DNA of 39,281 bases from Barthelona sp. PAP020 (taxonomy: Eukaryota), in NCBI GenBank assembly GCA_040182905.1, contig JARQWU010000070.1:1-39281 (forward strand), given 5' to 3'. Below the pieces are notes generated by a model, which saw nothing but the letters and a program-made list of their open reading frames with translations, was not told where the DNA came from and ran no database searches. This document shows, piece after piece, positions 10,398-20,900 of this stretch; position 1 is the first letter of the stretch; each line of letters starts with the position of its first letter. Both the position numbers and the translations under genes were made by a program.

Positions 10398-12700
10398 ATG
10401 CCTGAAAGCGTTAAAGTTGGAGTAAGATTACGACCATTAAATTCGATGGAACGTAAAAATAGAAATAAAGTGATAGTTAAAGTTGATTCAACTAGAAATT
10501 CGGTTCATGTTCAAAATCCTCAAGATTTAAGTCAAGAACCAAAAGTTTTTTCATATCATTGGGCGTTTGATATGGATTCCAGACAAACTGATGTTTATGA
10601 AAGCACAGCACATCCAATTGTTGAATCTGTTTTAGAAGGTTTTAATGGTACAATTTTTGCTTATGGACAAACTGGTACAGGTAAAGTATTTTATTTTTAA
10701 TTTAATTATTTCTAACCCTATAGACTTTCACAATGACTGGAGATCCAAAAGATCCAACATTGAGAGGTATTACCCCAAATGCATTTGAACATATTTTTTC
10801 CCACATAGCGTTACAATCTTCAGATAACAAAAAGTTCCTAGTCAGTGTTTCGTATTTAGAGATATATAATGAACAAGTCAACGACTTGTTAGATTCTAAG
10901 AATAAAAATTTAAAAGTTCGACAGAATGAGGACAAAATCTTTTATGTTGAAGGATTATCAAAAGAAGTGTGTAATTCTGTTGAGTCGATTTCAGAAGTGC
11001 TTGATAGAGGTAGTGAAAATCGAGCTGTAGGAAGTACAAATATGAATGAAAAGAGTTCTCGATCTCATTCCATTTTTATGATCACTGTTGAAACATGTGA
11101 GACTGATGATACAGGAATTGATCACATTAAAGTTGGAAAACTTAATTTGGTTGATCTTGCAGGTTCAGAAAGAATTAAAAAGACTGGAGCTGAGAATGAT
11201 CGCAGAAACGAGGGTATCAATATCAACTTGTCTTTGATGGTCTTGTCCAATGTTATTTCAGCTCTTATTTCTACGAAAAAGAATGTTGTGGTTCCCTATC
11301 GTGAATCTAAACTCACCCAATTGTTGCAAGATTCACTTGGAGGAAATTCAAAGACAGTTATGATAGCAACTATCGGTCCTGCTGATTATAATCATGAAGA
11401 AACCGCAACGACTTGTCGATATGCTAAACGTGCTTCCAATGTTAAAAACAAACCCAAAATCAATGAAGATCCAAAGGATGCTATGCTTCGTGATTTACAA
11501 GATGAAATTCGTCGATTAAAGGCAGCTTTAGGTGGTCAACCTCTTGAAGCAGGTCAGAATATTATGATTCCTGGAGCTCCAGGTGAAACTGTATACTTGC
11601 CTGGAGAAGTTCAAAAAATTGAGGTTGTTCGAACGGTTGAAGTTGGAATGAAGGAAGAAGAATATAATCGAAAGATCAAAGAGATCGAGGATAAGATTCG
11701 TTCTCAAACTGTTGAAGAACAACAGAAATTATTAGAAGAAAAGAAAAGACTTCAAGAAGAACAGCAAGCATTTGAAGAAGAATTAAAAGCAAAGGAAGAT
11801 GCTTTAGAAAAGGAAGCACAAGCGAAACGTTTGATGGCTTCAAAAATCAAACAAATGGAGGAACAGGTTCTTGTTGGTTCAGTTATTGCTGAAAAAGCGA
11901 AAGCACAAGAAATTGAGCTTTATAAAATGCGTTTGGAAAATGAAGAGAGAAAGCGTCAAGAAACTTTATTGGCACGACAATTAGCTGAACGTGAAGAACA
12001 ACAAATCTTAGTTGAGGAACAGTTCAAAGATATTCAAGAAGAATGTGAAAAGAAAACGCAAAAAATTCAAAAACTGTACAAACTTTACAAGGGTGCCAAA
12101 CAAGAGATTCGAGATATAAATGAAGAGTTTTCGAATGATCGAGCAGATCTTTTGGAAACTATTAGGGAGTTAACCAGTCAGTTACGTCTCAGAATGATGA
12201 TTATTGACCAATTTGTTCCAATGGAAATGGCCAGTGAGTTGGAGCGTAGAGCCGAATTACAGTCAACTGGTGATTGGGTAGTTCCTGGTTTAGATACCAT
12301 GAATAATCTGTTGAATGTTAAAAGACCGATTCCTTTGAATGGAAGAAGGTTAATTTCTAAGTTTACAATTGAACAATCGCGACAAACATACGCAGATGAT
12401 GTAGATTCTGCCACACGATTTTTGGATAACAATATTTTACATTTGGACTTGGATTTACCAACAGATGAGCATTTTGCCAACGACCGATATGATGATGAAT
12501 TGAGAGAAATTGATTGGAATCAACAAAATGATACTGATGATCGTTTTTTTGTCTATCAAGGACAAGAAGAAGAAGAAGAATTAAATAAAAGAAAAAATAA
12601 ATTGGATAAAACAGTTCTTTCACGTAGTAAGAGTAGAGATAAACAAGATAATATTCCAAAAGCAAGAGGTTTAGTCAAAGACAAAATTAGGTATAATTGA
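10398..12700 (+). CDS. Kinesin-2 (KIF3/FLA10-like) motor subunit, 2 exons (10398-10685, 10724-12700), 754 aa
   Basis: The P-loop GQTGTGKTFTM is restored by splicing. SSRSHSIF, LNLVDLAGSER, neck KNKPKINEDPKDAMLRDLQDEIRRLK, a coiled-coil stalk and C-terminal PKARGLV are typical of kinesin-2. Confidence 0.93.
10686..10723 (+). other. Spliceosomal intron, 38 nt
   Basis: GTATTT...TTCTAACCCTATAG. Interrupts the kinesin P-loop exactly between GK and TFTM. Confidence 0.95.
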
Positions 12701-12873
12701 AATTTTTTGCACAGATATTTTTGTTCTGTAAATTTTTATTGTAAATTTTCAATGTATTTTTGTTATTTATATGTAAAAAATAAAATTATTAAGGTCATTG
12801 TTGATGGTTGATCTGGAATGAGACATGAAGCAAACATTTTTTCTTTTTCAAACATAACATTCGAATCTTTCAA

Positions 12874-13425
12874 ATGGGATTTTTAGATTATGTTGCTGAT
12901 CACAATTGGCCTTTAATGAAAGGTGATTCAACTGAAGATACTGAACATGTTCTATTTGTGTGTTTTTCTACCACGGGCGTTTTGTTTTCTTTGATTACAG
13001 TTTTACAATTTATTGGTTTGGTAGGTGCTGTTATTCTTAGAGATTTCGGGGGTACTGAATTGGATTTTATTGATAATGCTTTGACGGCCTTACAATTTAT
13101 TTTTTTGTCTTGGTTGTTGAAAAAACATTGGAAACTTGCTTTATCGTTTGTTAGTTCATGGACTTTGATTAGTAGTGTTATTAAATTATGCATTGATGTT
13201 TTTATCATGTTTTATGTTGAAGTTACACATGGTTCCAGAATTATTGTGTTTATTTGTCAATTTTTTATTATTTATCTTTGTTTAGCTGCTTTAAATTTAT
13301 CTAGAAATTCACAATATGACAATTGGTTGATGGCAGAAATTCCAGATACAGATAGTGAGAACGAACAATATAAAGTTGTTTCACAGACCATTGGTGATGT
13401 TCAATCTGAAGAAGAACTAGTGTAA
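12874..13425 (+). CDS. Small ~4-TM membrane protein, unknown function
   Basis: 183-aa ORF with about four hydrophobic segments and an acidic tail. Confidence 0.75.
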   Translation: MGFLDYVADHNWPLMKGDSTEDTEHVLFVCFSTTGVLFSLITVLQFIGLVGAVILRDFGGTELDFIDNALTALQFIFLSWLLKKHWKLALSFVSSWTLISSVIKLCIDVFIMFYVEVTHGSRIIVFICQFFIIYLCLAALNLSRNSQYDNWLMAEIPDTDSENEQYKVVSQTIGDVQSEEELV

Positions 13426-13494
13426 ATATGTATTAATTTGTTGAGGTTCTTTTTTGTATGTTTTATTGCATTTTTGTAATTCTTTTGTTTTTTG

Positions 13495-16047
13495 ATGATT
13501 AGATTTTTGAAGATCTGTTTGGTATTTTCACTTGTTGGATTGTGTTTTTGTCATTATAATTTAATTGACTATGAAGGCGAAGGTTGTTCGTTTTTTGGAT
13601 ACTTGGAATTGATAAACCCTGATGATACTGCGTTTGGAGAACCTTTGATTAATAATGTTTCCGTTAAAATCAACTGCTATGTAAATAATATGATATTTAT
13701 TGAAATTGGTTCTGAAAAAAATCGAAAAGCAAATTCAATGTTTGACTTCACGGAAAAGAAAGATTTGAAAGATGAATATATGTTTGAAATTAATCAATAT
13801 CCTTTTTTTTTGAAGATCATTCGCAAGTCAGATGAATTTGTAATTTTCAATTCATTTGAAAATGATTATTTGATATTAACTGAACATTATGTTTCTTTAC
13901 GTATAGATATGGGAAGTAATTCACATTATTTTGGGTTTGGAGAGCGTAATGGTGATTTCAAATTGAAGAATGATGAGAGTTATGCATTATTTGCAGAAAA
14001 CAACGCAGGTTGTCCAATAGGAATGCCCTGTTATGCTTCACATCCATTTGGTCTTCGTGCAACAATTGTAGATGACAACTCAATTAAATATTCTGGCATC
14101 TTTTGGCACAACACACATTTGTTAAGAGTTACTCCTCACGATGATAACATTCATTTTGATGCTACAGGAGGTGCTCTTAATTTTGCAATATATTGTGGTC
14201 AAACTCCCTTGGAGATTCTTAAGGATCAACGTATCAATTTGGGATTGCCAATTGAAGTTCCTGATTGGTCATTGGGTTGGCAACAATGCAGATGGGGTCT
14301 TCATGATTTGAATGAAGTTAAAGAGGTGGTTAAAAATTTCTCAAAATTTGATCTCCCATTGGAGATTATCTACATGGATATCGATTATATGGATGGTTAT
14401 CGGGATTTTACAAGCGATCCTGACCGTTTTCCTACTGTCGAAATCAAGGAGTTTTCAGATAGCTTGCATAATAATGGGCAACGTCTTGCCATGATTATTG
14501 ATCCAGGTATTAAATATGAATTGGGTTATGAACCTTATGAAAGACTTGTGAAAAGTGGAGCATTTATACGACATCCAAATGGATCTGCTGTCATTAATTA
14601 TGTTTGGCCAGGACTTTGTCTTTTCCCTGACTTTTCTGATGAACGTTCTCATAGTTGGTGGGCCAATGAATTAGAAATCTGGTGGAAAAAGACTGGTTTT
14701 GATTTGGTTTGGCTTGATATGAATGAACCCGCAGCATTTGCTAAACCCAAGTTCCAAACTACTCTTCACACAAAGAAACATTTTAAAAAGACAAATGGAA
14801 GACTCTTTTGGGGTGATTTTGATCCCAATAATCCTCGTTTTAATCCTTTAAAAGTTCCTTTGAACAAAAATTCTCTTGATGCTCGTTCCCAAACTTATTA
14901 TGGTAGTTTATATTCTGAGCATAATCTTTATGGTTATTGGGAAGGTATAGCAACTCGTAAAGCTCTTAATAAATTTAGGCCCAACGAAAAAGTGCCCATT
15001 GTCACACGATCTTCATTTCCTGGTTCTGGAAAATATGTTAGTTCATGGTTAGGAGACGATACATCAACATGGTCAGATCTTAAGCTATCAATCCCTAATC
15101 TTATGCAAATGAATTTGCAAGGGATAATATATTCTGGTTCTGACATGGGAGGTTACAAAAAAGGTAATTTGGCGGACAATTTCGAACTTTGTGCCAGATG
15201 GATACAAGCCTTTTCATTGGCCCCATTTGCACGTATGCATACTGCTCATGATAGGCCAGCACAATATCCTTGGACTTGGACCAAATTAATTCCCATTGCC
15301 AAAAAAGCAATGGACAATAGATATATTCACATGCCGTACTTGTATAAAACAATGCTTGTTTCTCAAAAACTTGGTATTCCATATTGGCAGCCTTTATGGA
15401 TGAGTTTTCCTCAAGATATGAATATGCTACTGTGTTCTGAAACTCAATTTCTTATTGGTTCAGACATTTTACATGTGCCGGTTATTACACCTGACACCAA
15501 TTATGTTATAGTGTATTTCCCAACAAGTGATACAGCCAATTGTGATGTTTGGTATCATTATGACCAACTTGACACTGATTTTTGGTATGTTCCTGGACAA
15601 CCAACTAAAATCACTACTTTCCTTGAAACTACCAATCTTTTTTATCGTGGTGGATCAATGATGTTAACTACCGTCGCACCTCAAAACACTGTTTATAAAG
15701 CCAGAAGAGCAGATATGGTATTGAATGTGTTTTTTGATCGTTGTGGAAATGCTGAAGGTATTTCTTTAATGGATGATGGATTGACGTATGATAGCAAACA
15801 ATATCAAGCGCAAATGGTTGCTTCGGCTGTGCAGAGAAAAGTGGCATTTGTTCCTCAGATCATGGATTGGAAGGAAGCAAACAATATCAAAATAACTAAA
15901 ATTCGAATTATTGGATTGAAAATGGACCATCTTATTTTTAAAAGCACTGGTAAAATTGTTCACTACAAAAGAATTGGAAACTCTGAATTTAATTTTGAAT
16001 TGGATGTTCAATTCACATTATTTGAAGAAATTCTCATTACTTGGTAG
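13495..16047 (+). CDS. Glycoside hydrolase family 31 (lysosomal-type alpha-glucosidase)
   Basis: Signal peptide, FGFGER, WSLGWQQCRWG, MDIDYMDGYRDFT, catalytic nucleophile motif WLDMNEP, acid/base WLGDDTSTW, GSDMGGY, PFARMH. Confidence 0.95.
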   Translation: MIRFLKICLVFSLVGLCFCHYNLIDYEGEGCSFFGYLELINPDDTAFGEPLINNVSVKINCYVNNMIFIEIGSEKNRKANSMFDFTEKKDLKDEYMFEINQYPFFLKIIRKSDEFVIFNSFENDYLILTEHYVSLRIDMGSNSHYFGFGERNGDFKLKNDESYALFAENNAGCPIGMPCYASHPFGLRATIVDDNSIKYSGIFWHNTHLLRVTPHDDNIHFDATGGALNFAIYCGQTPLEILKDQRINLGLPIEVPDWSLGWQQCRWGLHDLNEVKEVVKNFSKFDLPLEIIYMDIDYMDGYRDFTSDPDRFPTVEIKEFSDSLHNNGQRLAMIIDPGIKYELGYEPYERLVKSGAFIRHPNGSAVINYVWPGLCLFPDFSDERSHSWWANELEIWWKKTGFDLVWLDMNEPAAFAKPKFQTTLHTKKHFKKTNGRLFWGDFDPNNPRFNPLKVPLNKNSLDARSQTYYGSLYSEHNLYGYWEGIATRKALNKFRPNEKVPIVTRSSFPGSGKYVSSWLGDDTSTWSDLKLSIPNLMQMNLQGIIYSGSDMGGYKKGNLADNFELCARWIQAFSLAPFARMHTAHDRPAQYPWTWTKLIPIAKKAMDNRYIHMPYLYKTMLVSQKLGIPYWQPLWMSFPQDMNMLLCSETQFLIGSDILHVPVITPDTNYVIVYFPTSDTANCDVWYHYDQLDTDFWYVPGQPTKITTFLETTNLFYRGGSMMLTTVAPQNTVYKARRADMVLNVFFDRCGNAEGISLMDDGLTYDSKQYQAQMVASAVQRKVAFVPQIMDWKEANNIKITKIRIIGLKMDHLIFKSTGKIVHYKRIGNSEFNFELDVQFTLFEEILITW

Positions 16048-16266
16048 ATTATCTGTGTTATTTGTGTTTTGCATTTCTGAAAATTTTTTTTTTTGTGTTT
16101 TGTGATTTATTTAACAAAGAGAAGGAAAAATTGTTTTATAAATATATAATTTTATTGGTATTTTATTTTTCAAATATTTAAAAATCAGAAAAGAAATTTT
16201 GGTTACTTTTTTTTCGGTATTAAATGGAATTTGTCAGTTGACATTTGTGTTAATTGAATTATTATA

Positions 16267-18495
16267 ATGTTTATATCGAATAAATGCAAATTTATGCAAT
16301 TATTAGTGATTTTATCATTCCTCTTTTTGAATTTTGACGTTGTATCTTCAGAAGATGTAAGAAAATATATTCCAATTAAAAATTTGAAAACTTCTACTGT
16401 GGAAATCAAAGATTGTACGCTGACTTTGACAACAATTTTTTGTTTGACAGCTGATTCAAGGGGTTTTTACATTGGAAAATATATTTTAGGCACATACTAT
16501 GACCAAATTTTTCAATATGAGAGTTTTATGTCTGAGACACCCGTCTTTTCTGAAGGTAAAGCAATAATGACTGGTACTGACTTGTATGTTGTTATAAAGT
16601 GGAAAAATTACGTTGAATGGTATTTAATTAGATACTCTGTTGTTGGTACTTGGGATTTTTTGGAATCTTATCAATCACTGTTGTTGGCATCAGTGGAAGA
16701 GTTTTGTTTCTTGGAGTTTTTTGCTGGTTCAATGCATGTAGTATTTCCTATTTTTGGAGCTTCAAATGTTTTTTTGCATTCGTTTGTCATAGGCTATTCG
16801 GAAAGTGGACTTTTTCTTGTTCCTTTACGTTCGACTCAATTGGGTGCAGATATAAGTGCTATAGGTGCTTGGTGTTATGGTAGTATGGGTTTTGGGAATG
16901 GTACTGTAGGTTTGTTGCTTGCGATTGGTTCAGATCCTTTTTTCACCTATATTTTTGATGTTACTGAAGCACCCATCATTCACAATGATCCAGAAAATAC
17001 TGATATTGATCCTGTATTGGCTCGGTTAGGTTGGGATGGTTTGCCGATGCGATGTAGTTTTGAATCATCCATTGGATATTGCCAAAATAATTCTCCATTC
17101 ACCATTTTATTTCATTCTAATGGTAATGTAGAGTATCTTGCGATTGATCATAAAGTATTCATTTTTGATGACCAATTCTTAGTTATCAACGGTAGCAATG
17201 ATAATCGTGTTGAGAACCTTTTTACCCAAGCCACCTTTAATGTGTTTCCTTATTCCACAGTGCTTATTTTATGGTCTCCTAATGTTTTTTCATTTGTGAA
17301 TCAAGAAAATTTAATATTGTATATTTATGAAGTTAAAACGATTGATATCAGTTCAACTTTAAAGCTTTCACAATCTGTTAGTCCACCTAATGGGGAATTA
17401 GAAACACACAACTTTTGGTTTGGTGTCAGTTATACCTTCACGGAAAGTATGATTGATTTTGGGTTTCCAAATTATTACAATTCTAGGACAACAATAAATA
17501 TTGAAGGATATGTTTTTAACAAACATTGTCTATTTACTAGGTATTTTGGGCATTTTATAGGAAATAATGTTCATTTGATCTTTGCACGGAAATTGGAAAA
17601 AAATTATTTGTTTAAAACACACAATTTTGGTTTTTTTCTTTTGCCATTTGAAAGACATATTGTTTATTATTTTGAAAACATGATTCTTCAACGGCAATAT
17701 TATATTTCTGATGAGATTATATATGATGAAGCCAGACCGCTTGATGTGGATGCAAGTTCACCACATTGCTTGTCTGGGATCTCTTCTATTTCACCAACAA
17801 CTGATGTTGTTCAAACTGCAAAAGGGTTTGTATATGAAGTTTTTAATGATGACATTCAATATCTTTGTTATATTTATCAGAAAGATGATAAAAAGTTTCA
17901 TGTTCAGGCATTTACTGGTGTTTTGGCAACAACAACTGTTTCATTTAGCACTAGTTTGACTTATAATAATAACCATATTGTTCAATACGTTAAGAAGAAT
18001 ACTGTTTTGGGAAATCATAATATTTTACCAGCAATTTCCGGGTTCATCATCAATTTGGAGACCAATAATAGGGAAACATTTGCTGTGGTTGAGCCAGAAT
18101 TTAACTGGGTTGATACCCATTATTATTTGGATACTGACAAATTTATGTACATTGAACAAGATTTGTTTGGATTTTTTTCTGTTTATCGCACAAAAAATAA
18201 TTATGTGTTTCGTGAGGAACATCCGCAAAAGATTCTTTCAAACAGCGTTGAATTAGTTTTGTGTAGTTCCAATTCTTATCTTGTTGTTGTTACAAATGAT
18301 GAAAAATGTGAAACGGGTTATACTTTTGTTGATGGCAGATGTGTTTTCAATGCTAACTGTTTAGATGGACATTTCTTTAATCCATTCAGCAAAGATTGTG
18401 AAGCTTGCGATGATGGCATGATATCTATTCCTTCCAAACAATATTGTGTTTCACCTTTACAAGCTTATGAAGATGGAGCAGGTTTATTTATGTAG
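16267..18495 (+). CDS. Secreted/surface protein, beta-rich with Cys-rich C-terminus
   Basis: 742-aa ORF with signal-like MQLLVILSFLFLNFDVVSS (start may be 16294) and C-terminal CETGYTFVDGRC...CLDGHFFNPFSKDCEACDDG...C (EGF/ephrin-receptor-like Cys repeats). Confidence 0.7.
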   Translation: MFISNKCKFMQLLVILSFLFLNFDVVSSEDVRKYIPIKNLKTSTVEIKDCTLTLTTIFCLTADSRGFYIGKYILGTYYDQIFQYESFMSETPVFSEGKAIMTGTDLYVVIKWKNYVEWYLIRYSVVGTWDFLESYQSLLLASVEEFCFLEFFAGSMHVVFPIFGASNVFLHSFVIGYSESGLFLVPLRSTQLGADISAIGAWCYGSMGFGNGTVGLLLAIGSDPFFTYIFDVTEAPIIHNDPENTDIDPVLARLGWDGLPMRCSFESSIGYCQNNSPFTILFHSNGNVEYLAIDHKVFIFDDQFLVINGSNDNRVENLFTQATFNVFPYSTVLILWSPNVFSFVNQENLILYIYEVKTIDISSTLKLSQSVSPPNGELETHNFWFGVSYTFTESMIDFGFPNYYNSRTTINIEGYVFNKHCLFTRYFGHFIGNNVHLIFARKLEKNYLFKTHNFGFFLLPFERHIVYYFENMILQRQYYISDEIIYDEARPLDVDASSPHCLSGISSISPTTDVVQTAKGFVYEVFNDDIQYLCYIYQKDDKKFHVQAFTGVLATTTVSFSTSLTYNNNHIVQYVKKNTVLGNHNILPAISGFIINLETNNRETFAVVEPEFNWVDTHYYLDTDKFMYIEQDLFGFFSVYRTKNNYVFREEHPQKILSNSVELVLCSSNSYLVVVTNDEKCETGYTFVDGRCVFNANCLDGHFFNPFSKDCEACDDGMISIPSKQYCVSPLQAYEDGAGLFM

Positions 18496-18935
18496 AATCA
18501 TCAAATAATTATTTGATTTGCATTTGTTTAAATGTTCGAATTTTTTGTTTTTTCTCCAACTTTCAATGAGAGGCACTGTTTTTGATGTGCTATTATTAGT
18601 CAATCATGTATTTTAAAGGTGTTCATTTTTAATTTTTTCAGTGTCATTCTTTGTATGAAAATGATTGTTAAGAATGGTTTTGCTGAAAATTTTGCTGTTA
18701 GCACAATAAAATAATATCAATTAATTTATTATTCGTTTATACTTTACTTTTTTGTGCTTTTTTTTGGGTATAAGAAGCAAAAAAGAAAAAGAGAGAAAGA
18801 TGACAACATGAACAAAAAACTAACAAACACATTCAAAAGAGCAATGAAAACACCCACAAAAACACTCTTTGAGCGTTTTTATCTTCAATAGAGAGCTAAT
18901 ATGCGAAAGAAAAAGAAAAAAAACTTCTTTATCGT

Positions 18936-20738
18936 TTATTCCTCATATTTGATCTTATTAGTTTGAATCTTGAAGAATATTCCTATTCCCAAGAAACCAA
19001 TTATTATGGCAACCAATAAACTAACATTCTCTGAATTACCTTTGTCAAAATTGCCACTGGGAGAATCAATAAACTCAAGAGAATACACGTTTTCTAAACC
19101 AAACAAACGAATAATATTTTCACTTTCGAATTCACCAGGGGATAATTTTATCTTATTGAAAGAATTTGTCAACAAGGTTGTTTTGGGAATGGACAACCTG
19201 TTTTCATTGTTGAATGTCAGTTTTGAATTTTGGTTGTTGATTGGAACAACCTTTTTGAAAGGATTGAATCCAGATTTCTTTGGAATAATCAATGTATCTA
19301 ACCACGTTTGAGGATCAAAACGATGAATCAACGAATTCTTGGTCAATATATAAAGGTAGGGTAATTGAATGCCTTGATTAGAATAAGTAATAGCAAAATC
19401 TTTAATTCCACTGGATAAACGGTTGTTCTTAATTTCTAATTCTAAACGAACTCGTCTACTAACAAATTTACCTTGTTCAAAGGTAGGTTTAACGGTAAAC
19501 ATTGAAATAACACTCAAACAAGGTGTAGATCTGATTTGACATCCAATAATAATATGATTGTCAATTAATTTCACTAAAGAAGCTTTTGAATAGCCAACTA
19601 AAAGCTTAACTTTCAAAGTATATCCCTTTTTCCCATCTAATATTGTAACATTTAATCCCTGAGCATGATCAGACACAATAACAATAACATATGGATTGAC
19701 ATAAGTGAATAATATCTTATCATTAATTTTAACATGTCTTTTTGCAGAAATTGATTCTTGAATAAATGCAATTTGAGAAGGCTTACTCTTTAACGGTTTA
19801 GTCCAGTTAAACTTGTGAGAAACAATTGAATATTCACTCTCAGAATCCTCATTGTTTTTTACAACCTCAATAGATTCAACTGTTTCCAAAGTTTGATTGA
19901 ACCGTGTCATTATAACATGACCATTTATTTGAACATCATTTTCAGTAACATCCAGACACAAAAGTTCATTATTTCTGGTAACACATGATAAAGTGTGATT
20001 ATCAGATGAGCATCTGGCAATGGCATCTCTAGAAATGTAATTCTCACTGGCAATATCTTCATACACTTCAAAAATAAGTGATTGTAGTTCATGACTGTAT
20101 GAGACATAACGGGAAAATACATCGTTGCAAATAAAATTACCAAAAGCAATGCTAATGTTATTACAGTTGGCCTCTCCTTTCTTTTCAATCTTTTTTCCAT
20201 CATATTGAAGGGCAATGAACTTAGAACGAGAGCTAGCAATAAAAGTGAAATTATCTTGACAAACTACATCATTAATTTCAAAATCAATTGTGCTTTCATG
20301 CAATTTATCTCCATTTAAAGTATGAATATCAATGTTTTTTCCATTTGCATAAATGATTAATCTCTCACGCTTATTTTTGGTTACACACACTTTTCCCTTT
20401 CCTTCAAAAGTGGAACTGGTTAATTTACGTTTCATGATGGGGGAATATATTTGCAACAAAGTGTTATTTAAAGATTCAGAAATAAAAATTATGTCATTAT
20501 CAATCGAATAACCTTTCTGTATGTTAAAAGGTGTAGGAATCATAAAAGACGCTTCAATTCCAACTTCATCTGCAACAACAATTGATCTATTGTTGACCAA
20601 AAAAAAATATCTGTCATTTGAAAAAAAACCAATTCTATCAATGGAGGAATATTGAAATTGTTCCTTTAAATATTCTTTTGAAAACGTTAATTGAATCAAA
20701 CAAATAACAAAAATAAAATATTTCGTGAAAGAATGCAT
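18936..20738 (-). CDS. EMC1: ER membrane protein complex subunit 1, shortened and divergent
   Basis: Signal peptide MHSFTKYFIFVICLIQLTFS. KILFTYVNPYVIVIV, ITYSNQGI, FESENIIRLFGL and SPSGNFDK plus a C-terminal TM match the EMC1 C-terminal (DUF1620) pattern. Confidence 0.7.
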   Translation of the reverse strand: MHSFTKYFIFVICLIQLTFSKEYLKEQFQYSSIDRIGFFSNDRYFFLVNNRSIVVADEVGIEASFMIPTPFNIQKGYSIDNDIIFISESLNNTLLQIYSPIMKRKLTSSTFEGKGKVCVTKNKRERLIIYANGKNIDIHTLNGDKLHESTIDFEINDVVCQDNFTFIASSRSKFIALQYDGKKIEKKGEANCNNISIAFGNFICNDVFSRYVSYSHELQSLIFEVYEDIASENYISRDAIARCSSDNHTLSCVTRNNELLCLDVTENDVQINGHVIMTRFNQTLETVESIEVVKNNEDSESEYSIVSHKFNWTKPLKSKPSQIAFIQESISAKRHVKINDKILFTYVNPYVIVIVSDHAQGLNVTILDGKKGYTLKVKLLVGYSKASLVKLIDNHIIIGCQIRSTPCLSVISMFTVKPTFEQGKFVSRRVRLELEIKNNRLSSGIKDFAITYSNQGIQLPYLYILTKNSLIHRFDPQTWLDTLIIPKKSGFNPFKKVVPINNQNSKLTFNNENRLSIPKTTLLTNSFNKIKLSPGEFESENIIRLFGLENVYSLEFIDSPSGNFDKGNSENVSLLVAIIIGFLGIGIFFKIQTNKIKYEE

Positions 20739-20900
20739 TTCATAAAAATTTGATACAATTGAAAACAAAGAGGAAAAAAATTCCCTAAAATAAAATTTCA
20801 ACTTGAAAAAACCAAAAATTTATCACTTCATAACATAAATAATATAAATACAGCACTATTAATATTCCTTCAAAAAAAATTCAAAGTTATTTTTTTTCTA

